Positions 44,099 through 59,860 of a stretch of 64,000 nucleotides of DNA are shown here, piece after piece. The notes below the pieces were generated by a model, which was not told the DNA's origin, made no database searches, and saw only the letters and a list, made by a program, of their open reading frames with translations. Made by a program: the position numbers and the translations under genes. Origin of the DNA: the human T2T-CHM13v2.0 reference genome, Homo sapiens; the NCBI RefSeq assembly GCF_009914755.1, contig NC_060925.1. One strand, given 5' to 3'. The stretch's first letter is position 1. Each line of letters starts with the position of its first letter.

Positions 44099-44381
44099 TT
44101 TTTTCTTTTTTGATTCAGTGTCTTGCTGTGTCACTCAGGCTGGAATACAGTGGCTCAATCATAGCTCGCTACAGCCTTAAACTCCGGGGCTCTAGCAATT
44201 CTCCCACCTCAGTCTCCTTAGTTGCCGGAACTACAGATGCACACCACCACACCCGGCTAATTTTTAGTTTAATTTTTCGTAGAGATGGTGTCTCACTATG
44301 TTGCCCAGGCTGGTCTCTAACTCCCAGACTCAAGCAATCTTCCTGCCTCAACCTCACAGGTGTGAGCCACCACGCCTGGCC
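44099..44381 (-). mobile_element. AluJ-like
   Basis: Diverged dimer with an internal deletion in the left arm. Confidence 0.85.
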
Positions 44382-44536
44382 ACAAATGAGTTTTATAACA
44401 GCAAAACAGTGCAGTAAATGAAATGCCCACAAATTGAGAATGAATAGAAAAAAGTCTGGAATATTCATGATATAGAACTCTCTCTACATTAAAAGGAATG
44501 TTCTTGAGGAATATTTAAGAATATAAAAAAACTTTT

Positions 44537-44837
<301 letters not shown>

Positions 44838-47800
44838 TCATGAGAACACCTTTACAGAGATTACAGAGCAATATGAATAGTATGATCCAAACTTAAAACT
44901 TTGTCTTGCAAATCAGAATGACTAGAAGAATCTAAAGCTAAGCATCAGCCATGATCCCCTTCCTGTGGTAGGATTATAGGTGATCTCCAGTTTGTTCTTT
45001 ATGCTTTTCTCAATACAATTTCTGGAAATAATTGATACCATGAAATATATGGCTTTTATGAGTAGAAAAAGAACAACAGGTGCTATTTTAAAGAAACAAG
45101 CACTAGAGGTCCCAACAGTCTTCTAACCTTTTTCCAGGTAAAGGGCCAGTTTCATTTGCAAAACCAGAGAGCAGGATTAGGAAGTTTCTCTCCCTCCCAC
45201 GGCTGATATTCTGTGTATTCCACCTTATCTGCCTCAGCGTCAACTTATACTCCTTAAACAACATTTAGTCCTTAAATAAGCTTCTTATTCCTTAAATAGG
45301 AGGCCACAGGAGCCCATGAGGAGAGAGCAGGCATGGGGTCCAGGCCGTGGCCCTCCTTGAGCCTGCAGCCCTCAACTGGAAGCAGCCCACTGCCCCGCTC
45401 AGGGGGTGAAATCTCTTCATACGTTTCCAAAGGATGCCAGGCCCTTTCTTCTTTGGAATTTCCCTCTTCCCTGACCTAAGTTTCCAAGGAGGAATAAGAA
45501 AGCAGACAAGCAAAAGCACCCACACTTGCGGAGATTGAAAGCAGTACAGATCTCTAACGATGAATTTCTAATCAGGAGATGAATGTCTAATCAGGCTGAA
45601 AAAAATAAAAGAATCCCCCAAATGTTAACATGGTAGTCAAACACTTGTTTGTCCTTTCCATTGGCTGTAAATGCTTCTCTCTGTAACACAGGGTATGGCC
45701 TGTCAAGTCTCTGGGAAGGAAAAGCAGCTGTTGGCAAAACACAAGCAAGGTCCCTGATTAGAGGGGAGTTTATACAGATGAGTTGCTGGTGGAGGGCGGT
45801 GGGGGGACAGCAGCTAAATGCCAGACACACAAGGAAGTCACCCCCTCCTGCACTGCACTCTCATCTTCCAATTAGTTGTGAGCTGGTCCTAAACCCAGAA
45901 TGCAGCTGAAATTTCTGTTGGACTGGATGCTTCAGATGTACAAAGGAAAATAACTCAGCATCTTCCTAATCCCTTATATGCAAAATAAATAGATGGTCAG
46001 GTTAGATTTTGACTTTTTAAAGACACAAGGTCATCTGAGCTTCCTATTTGACTTTTTTTTTTTTTTAGTACATGGAATAACCTCACAAGGAAAGAGGAAA
46101 ATATCCAGGAGGTCATTGGCAGACAGAAGAGAGCTTTTTTCTTCCATCCCCTAGACACGTACTAGTGTTGGCAGCTGTCAGGAGCACTTCTACAGTTGTT
46201 TTTTTTGTTTTGTTTTGTTTTGTTTTAATCCTTCCACCCTCCCACACCAGCTAGAGCAGCTGAGAGTGGATTCTGGCACCAACAGCCGGGGTGTCAATCT
46301 GGCCTTTGTTGGTTGTGTGCCCTGTGTGAGATGCCTCAGTCCGCCTACCTTGCAGAGCTGTAAGGATTGAGTGAGCGCATATCAGCACGTGCTTGGGAAA
46401 CAGCAGCTATTCCTACTGTTGCTGCTGTTGTTATTTTCATGGTCATCCCACAGCCTCTTTGTTTGACAGGGAGCAACAGAGAGAGCCAAGCGTGGGCAGA
46501 GTGTCACAGGGTGTCCAAGGTGGGATGCGTGGAGTCCTTCCTTTCTATGCAGGCACAGTTCCAAGAATACTTGAGAGAGCTGATGTGCTGTGTAATTTAT
46601 TAGCACACTTCACTAAGAAGAGGACTCCAAGCTGGCAGGAGGCTGCTCCCTGCCTCCCATCAAACCTGGAGCTTGTTTCACCTGTCTCAGAGGAGTCCTG
46701 TCGTCCTGGACTGAGCCCGCCTGACCTGCTGTATCCAAGCTCCAGAGTTCCACACTTGGAAGCCCAGAATTCTACAGAAAGTAGAATTATCATCCAACAC
46801 CACCTCAGAATGATCCTTCCCACACCAGCTAGAGTGGCTGAGTGGATTCTGGCACCAACAGCCTGGGTGTCAATCGGCCCTTTGTTGGCTGTGTATCCTG
46901 CATGAGATGCCTGAGGTCCTGGCCTCTGGCTTCTTGTTGGATGGTTCCTGCCCTCTGCAGAGCTGCCCCCAGGGCAGTCACTGTCACTGAATGGTCCGCT
47001 CCTATCACCATTGTTCAGGATGTTCATTCTATCCCAAGGATCACTGCAAACACACAACTCCAGGGTCAGAGCCTGAATGCTGTGCCCGAGGTCTGGGGCT
47101 GAGGCAGGTGACTCAGTTTTCTCCTCTACAGAATAAAGGGGTTGGACTAGGGATGTCTAAGGTTCTTTCTGGCTCTTTAAAAAAAACTAATTGCTTTCTC
47201 CAGGCAATAAGCAGGTCCTAACTTCATTGCTACTATTCCTACTGTAAGAAAGGGATAATCCTCCTTTGCTCACAAGACTGTCAGAAGGAGGCCTGGGATG
47301 GCATTTGTAAAGTGCTTAACACAGGGCCAGGCACTGACTAAGTGCTTAATAAACAGCAGCTACAATTACGGTCAGCTAGCAAGTAAGGGCCCACTCACAG
47401 AGAAAGGGCACTTCTCTGGGCATAGAGCTTCCTGCCTTTGGTGCAGAGCAGAGGTCAGTCTGGCTGGGTGCAGAAAAAGGCCCTTCCTAACTCCAAGTGC
47501 ATACAGCCCCTAAATGAATGAGCTCCTAAATGCATAAGTGTAAGGTGCTGAGTTTGACTACCTTGAAGCAAATGCCTTGAGATAAGAAGGAATGGTGGTT
47601 TACCTCCAACAGAAGAGAGGGACAGATGTCCTGCAGATGACTTAACCCTGATTCCAACATTGTGTGCCACTGTGGTTTGCAGAATCAGAGAGGTGAGCAG
47701 TGACTGTCATAGGCACAAAGAAGCAATGGCCATCCAGGTGAAATGCTGACATCAACACATGATAAATCCTTCATAAAGGCAGAAGCTGTGATGATGATGA

Positions 47801-47874
47801 TGAAGATGCCAATAACACATGGATGAAAAGATCTCTTGCCCAGAGCTGGAAGGGCCTTACTAAGACAGCTGTAC

Positions 47875-47998
47875 CTGTGAATGAATCGCTTGGCTGCAGA
47901 TCCCGGCCGGGCACTATGCTGAGCAACTGCAGCTCAGGTCCTGCAGAGTCCCCGAGAGTACTTTGCACGAAGAGAGCTCGAGTTCTGTAGTCAGGCAT
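47875..47998 (-). CDS. PGBD5: PGBD5 alternative first coding exon (MPDYRTRALF...PSDSFT + G), giving a ~455-aa isoform
   Basis: ATG at 47998 followed by 41 codons + 1 nt, ending at donor ACAG|gtacag (GT 47874-47873). Phase 1 matches the exon-2 acceptor (G+GT=Gly). With this exon the exon-2 and exon-3 aspartates number D168 and D194, which matches the numbering I recall for the 455-aa protein. The 5' UTR extent cannot be determined. Confidence 0.75.
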
Positions 47999-48190
47999 AT
48001 CTGACCTACCGAACAGGTGCCCTGGTCAAGGTACATAATCCCACACAGCCTTCATTTCCCCATCTGTAAAATGGCAAAGATTAGAGTATCCACCTCAAAG
48101 AGTCATTGTGAGAATAAAATGAAATACTGTGCATAAAGCACAGTGCAGCATCCGGCTCATACATTTGGGATAAGCACTGGCCATCATTAT
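47960..48190 (+). mobile_element. MIR overlapping the alternative PGBD5 start codon
   Basis: agagctcgagttctgtagtcaggcatatctg ~ MIR 5' region; core catttccccatctgtaaaatggcaaagattagagtatccacctcaaagagtcattgtgagaataaaatgaaata. Confidence 0.75.
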
Positions 48191-49479
48191 GAATGCCGTC
48201 TGATGCAATGCTAGCATTTTGGGCATGTGCCTCCCAGTGCAGACATGGTAATCAGGCTCTTTCTTAAAGACCAGTGAGGCCAAATAAGAATGCAACTCTG
48301 GCTTGAATTTGAGTCTGAGGAGGAGCAATGTGATATTTATACAGACTGAAAATAGAAAACATGCACTCCTCATTGAGATCCCTTTCTGGCTACTCCTTTG
48401 AGTCCAAGTACAGAAAGCTCAGCAGGTGAGCATGTCACACATTAGCAGACAAATACCAAACATACTTTTACTTCTGGAATCAAGAGCAGCAGAAGTTATT
48501 CTGGGAATGTTCATGTTCCTCCTGGTGGTGATGAGGATTTTAAACTACCACATGGGACCTAGTATTGGACTGCTTCTATGCCCACCTTCCCTGGCCTCTC
48601 CGGTAGACACAGGATCTAACACAGCACAAAGAAATCAAATCACTGCCATTGCAGGGATTATAATGAAATGGTCATCAGGTGGTTCCTTCATAAACAGGAT
48701 TTGCTGTCAAGTTAATGCTGAGTACAAAGATAAAATAGCCTCCTCCCGTCTTCCATCCCCTAAGGTCATAACTCAATCCCTTTTCTCTCTGTATTCAGAA
48801 ATCTCCCAGTTACCTGGAGCCACATTGCTAGTTCATATATGCTCACCTACAAGCACCTGAGCATGCCTTTAGGGTCTGGGAAGAAATGACATCAGTAGTA
48901 TAGCTTGGAGATGGGAGCTGGGATTTCTCCTGATTGTGTGTAGTTCTCTGAAGGAAGGTGCCACCTCTCTCTCCACCTCTGTTTGAACCACCGCCTACTT
49001 CTTGCCTGTTCTCTGTAAACCCTGCAAGGACAAATGCCCCCATAAAAGCTCTTCTCTGAGCTGCAGTACAGCCCTGAGCATGGAAGCTTCCCTTGCAGCC
49101 CGTAGATCTCAGCATGGCCAACATTTCCTGAAATGGGCAAAGACCATAATGTCTGGATGAGATAAGAAACCCTTTCACAGGCCTTCAGTCCTTCAGTCTT
49201 CTCAATAACCCTATGAATAGGGTTGATATTACTGTCTTTCATAAAGACACTGATGAGTCAACCCAAAGAAAGCAGCCATTGCCTGAGGTCCCAAGGTGAT
49301 GTATGTACAAGGTGAAAGGAGCTGATGGCCAAGTCACGAGCCTGCAGGGCTGCAGCCACCTTGAGGGGACGTTTTTCTGTTCAACAAAGCCACCCCAAGG
49401 ACTAGGGGGAGCCTAAGGGAACCCATCTGATGCCTCACAACCAACCATGGCCTCACTCACATGACTTCCGATTCTTACT

Positions 49480-50530
49480 TCCAGTCCAGCCACTGTCCTG
49501 AGCCAATCCCTAGATGTCCAACTCTAGGGGAGGAAAGACTGCGCCCAGCATGCCAAACCTCACCCACCTGCTGCCTGCCCAACCTGCTCTCCTGCTTTGT
49601 GACCAGCACCCCATTCACTTAGTAATTCATGCCACAACCCTGGCGACCTCCTTTCAACCCCTGCTCCTCACCTCCACTTCCACATCCCATCCACAAGCTC
49701 CACGTTCAAATTACTCTCTCCAAGTCCCATCTGCCCATTCCAGGATGCCGGCTCTCCACCAGGTCCCCTCAGGATCTCTTCAGGCTGACTGTAGTAGCCT
49801 GCTAATCAGACTCTGTTTCCATCATTATTAGAATTAACTTTCAAAAACACAATTCTCATCATACCATACTCCTCACTGAAATGCCCCATTGGCTCTTCAA
49901 TGCCTACCTCCACTTTCTGTACCTTTTCAGTTTCAGCTGTACTAAAATACTCATGTTCACCAGCATGCAATGCCCTTCAGGCCTCCTTGCTCTTGCATTG
50001 TTAACTGGTCATCTTCCACACACTCATTCCTACTTCAATACCCAGCTCAACTAGCCTGTTGGCACCCCAGAGGTAGTTCCTCCTTCCTCTGCACCCTCGT
50101 AGTGATCGATCCACCTCTCTGATTTGATAAACAGAGCCAACAGTTACCAACCATGTCCTCTACAGTGCGAGGTGCTTTTCTAGGCACTGACACATGTTGG
50201 CTCATTTAATCTGCATCCTCCCCTCTGAAATCTTATCATCATCCCCATTTTACAGATGAAGAAAACTGAAGCCAGAGATTCAGGGACTTGCCCAAGTGGC
50301 GGGATTTGAACCCAGGAAGTCTGGCTCCTGCACCTCATTTCTTCATTACTACCCTCAGCATACTGGATTGTAATTACTGATTTCATGTTTATCTACTGTG
50401 CAGAGCTGGACAGGGCTAGGCAATTCTACAGAGCAGGGGCCGTGTGCTATTTACATTTGCAGACCCAGAGTGCAGCAAATGTCACACACCTGGTAGGAGT
50501 TTGTGATGCATCTGTCCAAAGGCAGATAGG
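49480..50530. mobile_element. L2 fragments with an intervening MIR (~50140-50330, minus)
   Basis: L2-like pyrimidine-rich segments; MIR core atccccattttacagatgaagaaaactgaagccagaga...acttgcccaag. Boundaries approximate. Confidence 0.55.
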
Positions 50531-52917
50531 AGGCCAGCTCCAGATGAATGGGTCTGCTAGATACTTTCTAAGTTAATTAAGTCAAATGGACTTCCCTTGT
50601 AATCACAGGATAGAAAACAAAGCCCTGTGTGGAAGAGACAGGCAGTACTTTCATGCCATTTTCCTTTACTTAATTACACAGAGAAATTAATCCTACTGTG
50701 AGTTACTAATTCAGATGCCAGACCAGTGTCACTGGCAGCCACAGGGCGCTCTGCCTCCCTGTGCTGGGCCCTCTGGGCAGGGCATACCTAAGTGGGGCCC
50801 TGCAGGGTTCCTTCCAGGTGCTCACCCTAAAGGCTGGTCACTTGTGGTGGAAACTGACACCCACCACTACCGTCTTGGGCAGAACCAGCACCTCCTTCCC
50901 CTCCCGGCTCTCCAAGTGGACATAAGCAACAGCCCCTCACTCTTGCTGCCAAGAATCTGTGCATCTGCAGGAAGGAGAAAGGAGATGCAAGGTACTATCC
51001 ATGCCAAGCCCAGGTTATGGCTTTAGGGTTTCCAAAGAAAACCCTGTAAGCAAATGCACACCTGGTGAAGAGGGAAGCTATACAGGTCAGCACCCACACC
51101 TGTACTCAAGAACCAGGTGCATCAATCTCTGCTTTCAAGACCCTGTGTCTTGGGCTCAATCACAGCTTGTGCAGGGCTCTGTCCACCAAAAGGCTCAACA
51201 GTCAAGAGAAAGCTTAAGTGGAATAAAGACAGGAGCAGCTGAAGTGGCCCAAGAGATGGCAATGGCTGGAATCAACCCAGAAACGGTAAAGGGAAGAGTC
51301 AGAGTGCTAGGCCCTGTGGACACGGATGGCTCTGGGAGCCCCGCTCAGGAGTGGGTGGCCGTCTGCGGCCGTGTTCTCCCTAGAGAGGAGTGACAATGAG
51401 GCAAACACCATCCACGTGCACAGTGCTTACAGTTTATAAACCTGCTGTCACACACACTTCTGCCCTTCTCCCAGTGAACCTCTGAAATACCTATTGTTTT
51501 GCCCATGTTATAGATAAGGAAACTGAAAGCCAAACAAGGTTGCGAAATTTACCTGGACTATAAAGTTAGAGCCAGCACTGAACCCAAGTTCTGTCTCCAA
51601 GCCCAGAGCACTTCCTTTCTCAGCATGTCCCGCTGCCAGGTTGTGAGCACACTCAGGTATAGTATAATCCTGGCACCAACAGACTGGCATCCCAGGCAAC
51701 CAGCCTACTCTCTGGGTGTCCCTGGGGAACATGCACACGCTGCTGCTGCCTGCACTCTGGAGCAGCCTCCTTCCCAGATGGCCTGCCGTGATGGAGCTGC
51801 ACTTCTCAGTCTCAGCATCTTGGCCAGGGGCCGCCACTGGATGTCTCACGCTGCAGTGGACCAGTTGTGCACCCCAACCCTGATCAGAGGCTGGACCCTC
51901 TGCCAGCCTAGGCTTACCCCATCCCTGCCTGAGCAGACTCCCTGGCTGGCCCAGGCACTTAGCAGTGGGATGAGAAAACCACCCACTACTTTCTTCTGTC
52001 CTATCAGTGTCCCTACTGCTAACTTGGCTGAATTCCTTGTTCCATGAGCAGGGGACCCTTTTGTGCCTAGTCCAAGTCCCAGCCACCCTCCACGCCCAGG
52101 GTTCCCGGAGCCGCCGTCTGTGTTCTCTTCCCTTGCAACTCCACAGCTGGGCATCCGGGACAGAGTGTGAGCCACCCCTCCCCTCATTTCCTTTCTTCCC
52201 TTCACCCCAGCATGCTGGGATCACTGCATGCTGTGCCCTCGGGCTACAGTACCCACTCCTGTCCCTCTCCCATCCTACATCCACTCTCACAGAGATGGCA
52301 AAATCTAGCTCAGCTGCAACCCTTTTCATGAAACTTTTGTCATTCACAGCTTTAAAAAAAATTGCTTCCTTCCTCTGGATTCTCAAAGACTTTACATCTT
52401 TCTCATGCAAAGTTTTAACTTTCTACTGTGGACTACTGTTGGACGTTAGTACTGTAAGCTTTAGTCCTGCCCAATTCTTCCCTGTCAGCCCACGTGGTTA
52501 CTGCCTACTGCAGTTCCTAGGCCAGCAGGAGCCCAGCAGGCAACCATGGAGCGCGGACATGCTCAGAGACAGCCCTGAGTGTCTCGCTGCAGAATCGCCT
52601 GTGGTTGTTGATGAAAGCACTCACTAATGATTTGTTCCTCTACCTGGGCATTTTGAAGTATTTTAATTTTTAACAGGACACAAGAGTCCTGTAAAGGAAT
52701 GACATCCTAATGATGGAATTTCAGGAATGTCCACTCATGGGGACTTTTCCATAGTCATGTGAGGAGAAGAGCTGTTGACTGCCAGGCCTGTAGCGGCCAA
52801 CTGTGAGCACCTGAACTGCACTGAACAGGCCACACTGATGATGGGCAAGGGAAGCTCTGGCTTTTGTATGCTGGCCACCCCTGATCTCAGGGAACTGGCT
52901 CACTGATCCACTGGATA

Positions 52918-53030
52918 TAGGGTGACCAGCTATTTAGGTTTACACAGAACAAAGGGGTTTCCTTAGGCCCCGGATTTTCAGCTCTGAAACCAGGGCAATC
53001 CTAGGTAAACTAGGGTGGTTGGTCACCTGA
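52918..53030. mobile_element. MER81-like hAT-Blackjack MITE
   Basis: ~113 bp with TIRs tagggtgacca... / ...ttggtcacctga. Confidence 0.75.
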
Positions 53031-53420
53031 GAGGAGGTGAGTCTGTTATGAAAACACGTGCAAGGTGTTCAGGCATCTTTAGATTTTTATAGGAGAAAAA
53101 GCATACACATTTATTTAATGTATATATGTGGGAGTCTTCAGAATGAAGACCCAACATTTCAATGAGTAACAGAAGCTTATATACTGTCTTGAGGTTACAG
53201 AAAGAATGGGGGCATGGGTCCTAGGAAAAGAGGTTATGGGATGGGGGAGAAGAGGAATGTTCAAGGAGGGATCTTTAAATGTCAGATGTTACTACTTCAT
53301 TGTAAGGATGCAGGCTCTCTATTTAAAACTTTCCCTGACTAGAATTTGGTGGGGCAGCTGTCCGGGCAATGGTTCTCTGCCATCTCGCTATTTATTTTCC
53401 CTGCCATCTCGCTGTCTCTG

Positions 53421-54060
<640 letters not shown>

Positions 54061-56225
54061 CACAGTCTCTCGAGAGACTCCCAATTCCTCAAAGTTGGAG
54101 AGCAGCAGAGACAGCACTGGGAGCCAGTGGCTTCTGAAGGGGCCTGAGCCCCATGAGCTTTGCCTGGCTTTTGCCTCTATTTCTGGCTTCCCAAACAAAA
54201 CCTGTTCCAGCAAAAGTCACACTGTGCTGATGCCTTTGGACAAAGCTGTGTGGGTGGGCAGGGTGAGTAGAGGAGGAGATGAAGCCAGTGGTGAGAGAAG
54301 CCCAGGTGAAGGCAGTAGATCAGGCTCGGTCCTCCCCTGTGACTTCGGGGATAAGCAACAGTGGTGATGGAACCCAGAGAAACAGCGTGCTTGTCCCGTC
54401 CGTCCAAGCACAGTTGAAAAGCCTTCCAACTTAACACAAGCTGGTTTTCTGCACAGACGGAAAGATTCCTGATTTCTTTGGGGGAATACTTTTTGCAAAG
54501 AGGGTCGGAGCAACCGGGGAAGTATTGGATGCTATATATTTCAACCATTTAGGTTACATTTAAAAGTACTACTGAACGTCATGTTAACAAAAACAACAAA
54601 CAGGAGTAGTAAAAAGAGGGAACATTTGCCAGTACTTTCAATGTTGTGACTCTGGATCACTGGGTGAAATGTACATTTTGACTGCATGGGGTGGGAAATA
54701 GGGAAGGGAGAGGAGATCTGAGGGATGTATGTGTGGAAACTTGGCCAGCAGGTACAGAAGTGTGGTGAGACTGTGTAGAGGGACTCTGGGGAGAGACCAA
54801 CCCAGGTTCAAATTCTGCCCCTGGCATGTGAAGCTGAACGAGGTGTCCTTGGGCAAGATACAATCCCTCCTAACAGTTTCCTACCTGCTGAGCACCCACC
54901 GAGCACTGGGCACGCGCTGGACAGCAGCCATAGGTGCCCTCAGTTCCCTGCGGGAGCAGGGGAGGTAAATTTTATTATCCACATTTTACAAATAAACAAA
55001 ACGTAAAGGATAGAAGGAACCCATTCAAGGCCACACAGGCAGTAAGGAGCAGAACAAGAGCACTAGGTGTGTTTGACTCTCACGACACCACGCGGCCTCT
55101 TACCTCAGTCTTCTCATCTATAAAATGGGCATTGTGTGTGTTAAATTCTCTGCACTCAGGTGCTTAATTAAATATTAGTTCCCTTCTCTACCTCCCTTCC
55201 TCCTTTTAGTAGTGCTTAACCCATTGCTCTAAAAAGCTGTTTCCAGAAATACTGGTGTTGGTCAAGGGCCTGCTGACTTCTTAGCTGCTGTGTTCACTTT
55301 TTCCTGGAGCTGTAGCAAGGCGGCTGGTTATAGAAGTATTTCAGTAAATATGTTTTTAATCATCGAACTCAACTTTGCTTTCAGCGAAGGTGACAGTTAA
55401 AATTGCTGCCTTTCATTTTGCCAGTCAGCCCAGCATGCCACATGAAGAGGCATGTATTTTTTTATTCCCCCTCATATGATATATTCACACCCAGCGTTGG
55501 GGCTGAAATTTCAGTCTCGCGCACGTGTTATTTTAGGATTTCAGTGTAGATCCCCCCATAACTCACTTTGTCCTCTTGTTTGCTGAATCACAGTGTCTTC
55601 TGGCTGTGGGGCCTTGACTTTGAATTGAGAGACAGATGCTTGGTAATTACAAGGTTTCCTTACTACAGCAGGGGATTGGCAAGTAATTGCCTTGTTTTTT
55701 AAGGGAGAATTTTAAGCAGTATTTTAAAGAGCCAGACCCACAGCTTTTACGTGACGGGAAAAATGAAATAAGTCCTTAAAGTATTTCCACCTCCCTTCCT
55801 AATGCAGAAAGGTTTTTGGAAAAGGACCCACGACTGAGATTCCACTGAAATGAAGGCAAGATAAAAACGGCCTGTGTGGATGGGCACCAGCCGTTGCAGC
55901 AGTGCTGAGTCAAGGCTGATTTCTGCCTCAACTCCTTTTAGAGCACACAAAGGTGACTCACTTATTATAGGGAAAATTAGAAAATACAAATAAGCAAAAG
56001 GAAAATACCATAAATCCCCACCATGCTGAGCTATATACTGTTTGCATTTTGGTAAATATCTGTCCAGATAAAATGAGGGAGAGTGTGTGTATATTTTACA
56101 TTTAAAATATAAAAAAGAGTTGGCCCTCTTTTTTATAACCTGATTTTGCCCCCATTTCACATCACATAGTACACAAGTGTTTTGTCAGTAAATGCACATC
56201 TCCTCTCCATCCTGGCTACTCTAAG

Positions 56226-56370
56226 AGTGTTCCCTCAAGCAGCAGCATCACCCGGGAGCTTGCTGGACCTGCAGATTCCCAGGCCCCACCCTAGCCCTGC
56301 TAAATCTGAATCAGCATTTTAACAAGCTCCCCAGCAACCTGTATGCACTTTAGAGTTTAAGGAGTATTGT
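56226..56370. mobile_element. MER5A-like hAT-Charlie MITE
   Basis: cagcagcatcacccgggagcttg...gcagattcccaggccccaccc...gcattttaacaagctcccc. Confidence 0.75.
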
Positions 56371-56421
56371 ACTACCTCATTTTAAGTGGCTCCCTCATAT
56401 TCCATGTTATAAATGTGCTAT

Positions 56422-56734
<313 letters not shown>

Positions 56735-58738
56735 TTATTATGTGAATATACGAGTTTCACTTTTCTAATTAGTACTGTGATGTGTATTCTTATACCAAAT
56801 GTCTCTGTCTCTCTGTCTGGTAATCTGCCTAGAGCACAGTAGAAGATGCTCTTCTTAAGAGCGTTTGATGGAAGTTGCCAAATTTCACTCTTGTCAGTAC
56901 TGGGAGTGCCCATTTTCCACGCAAATCCTAGCAGTTGTCTTTATCAATCTTTGACAGTTTGATAGAAATAAATGGTACTTCATCGCCATTGGCTAACTTA
57001 CCTGAATATTAGTGTGGTTAATCATAAATTCATTTACTTATTGGCCTTTTGTTTGGATTAAACAAATTGTTTAGGTCCTTTGTTGGTTTTGCCTTGGAGG
57101 TGATTGTCATTTTTCTTCTTGATTTGGTAAGACATCTCTATATATTTAGACATTATCTCTTTGAAATGTGTTATAAATATAGCCCCGATTTCAAACATGG
57201 TGTTCTGCCCAGCACTGGGCTACGTTTCAATGGCAGGAAAGGATTTTGGAAAAGGAAGCCTGAATTAGGGGAATATATATGGCATCACTATCTTCCTTCT
57301 ACCCACATAAATAGCATCGTTTGTGGAAGTGAGTTCAAGTTCCTAACCTAACGTCTCCAAACTGAGATGATGTGTCCCTGCTACTTTAGGGGCCCGGAAG
57401 AGCCTCACTGAGCTCTGAAAAGGAGCATTCCCATTTCCTTCTATTTTTAGATGCTGGATTGTTTTAGAGCCTGGAGCTGGAAGCACTTCTCTTTAATAAA
57501 CCTTATTGTCTAGCAGATAGGAAATGGTATGTGGAGTGTCACTTACATAAAATTTTAACTTTCTAAAGGGCAAGCAGGCAGAGACATAATGAGAGATGCG
57601 CTTTGAAACTTTTCATGTTTCTAAATGGCCTTCCTCATAACCTCATTTCCAGGATTCATTATTTCTGAGCCAACAATAAATTAGGCTTACTGATAGTACC
57701 TTTCTCTCCTGACCCTGATTCAATTACTTATTAAGGAGTCAGCATGGTTTAGATTTAGAAGCAGAATAAAGAATAAAGGGGGCAGAATACAAGGTGGCCC
57801 CAAACAGGCTGCAGGCTTGGGGAAGCGCCTGTGGCCTCACTGAGCTGTCTGTGCATACCCAGCATCCAGGAGGCCAGGCTGGGGGGAGGCTCCTTAGGCC
57901 ATTAGGTCAGGTGACTGAATCCAGGCCTGGTGGGAAAAAAGAGACTCACCTTGTTTCTTGGCAGGTACCTGGCTGGGCTCTGCTCTATGCAATACTTTCC
58001 AGCTATTCAGAGACACAGAGAGGCCATGGCTTGTAGAAGGGTGGTGATTCGGGTTAAGGAGGTCCACAGCCCCCAGGGAAGAAGTGGAATAGCCATGGTC
58101 TCAGCAGCACCTTCATCATTACTTTCAAGCCTGAAGTGTCCAACAACCTCATTCTGAATGTTCCCACACGCTCCTAGGCTCGGGCCTGCAATTGCATTCC
58201 AAAAGGTAAGGAGGTATCGGCCAAGCAGATCACATGGTGAAGAACATTTTCAGGAATACGCCGTAGGGTTACATAATTGGAGGGGAAGTTACGTGGAGGG
58301 ATGTGGCAGCAAAGGAGGGGCTGTGTATTTTGACCCAGGCCAGTGAGAGCAATGGGTGCCATCAAGGGGCTGCTCCCTGCGTCCCCCAGTGATGGACGTA
58401 ACTCAGTGTGAAGCTCTCTCTACTGCTCCCAGCAGCCCCCGCCAACCAATTCATGTTGGCCCCAAAGCTGAAATGTGCATCCCTGCTCTACTGCAATGGA
58501 GAGCCACTGAAGGGCTGTGCATGAGGATGGCCAAGACGGTAACTGTAGTTTTAGAAGATCACAGACTTAGGGAGACTCGACACAGGGTGGCTTGGAAAGG
58601 ACGAGAGCGGACACGCCTTGCCAGCTGAGGCGCATGGATTTCCCACAAGGCTGAGAGCAGGACCCTGGCCTCCTGGAAGCCAAGCAGCGATGGGGTTGAG
58701 TGAGACAGGCACTGCCCCCTCACTCAGACGCGCACTGA

Positions 58739-59090
<352 letters not shown>

Positions 59091-59545
59091 TGTTGGCCAC
59101 ATTTTTAAATGCCCAAGAATGAACTGCAGAGAGGGTGAGGCTGGGAGCCTGCTTTCTTTGCAGGCCACGTGTTTTACCTCTCAGGGTGGCCATGACCCCC
59201 CTGGAAAGAAAAGCAGCAAAGGAGCTGCTAGCACCTTGGGCTCTGGTTGACTCAGGCCACAGAAATGGGGAAAGGAGGGGCCTCCTGGGCTGGAGACAAG
59301 AAAGGGCAGGAGCCAGGGGGGCCCTCAGACATGAGGTCTTGTCGAGTGGGCTCTCTCCTATGCCCACCACCAGCCCCAATGCCCTGGGAAGACTGGGAGG
59401 AAGCTGCCTTGGGCTCAGACCGCTGCTGCAAGGAGACAAGGTATGTGGGCCTAGCCCTCCCCAACTGACCATTTGACAAGGCTTCGATGCAAATCTCTGC
59501 TATGATGCAAAACCCTTGGAGGTTCTACGCAAGTGATGACATTTT

Positions 59546-59860
<315 letters not shown>

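Noticed and set aside
51508-52627. 300-aa minus and 206-aa plus ORFs
   Set aside because: No recognisable domain, Trp/Cys/Arg-rich non-coding composition, and one end runs into a MIR.
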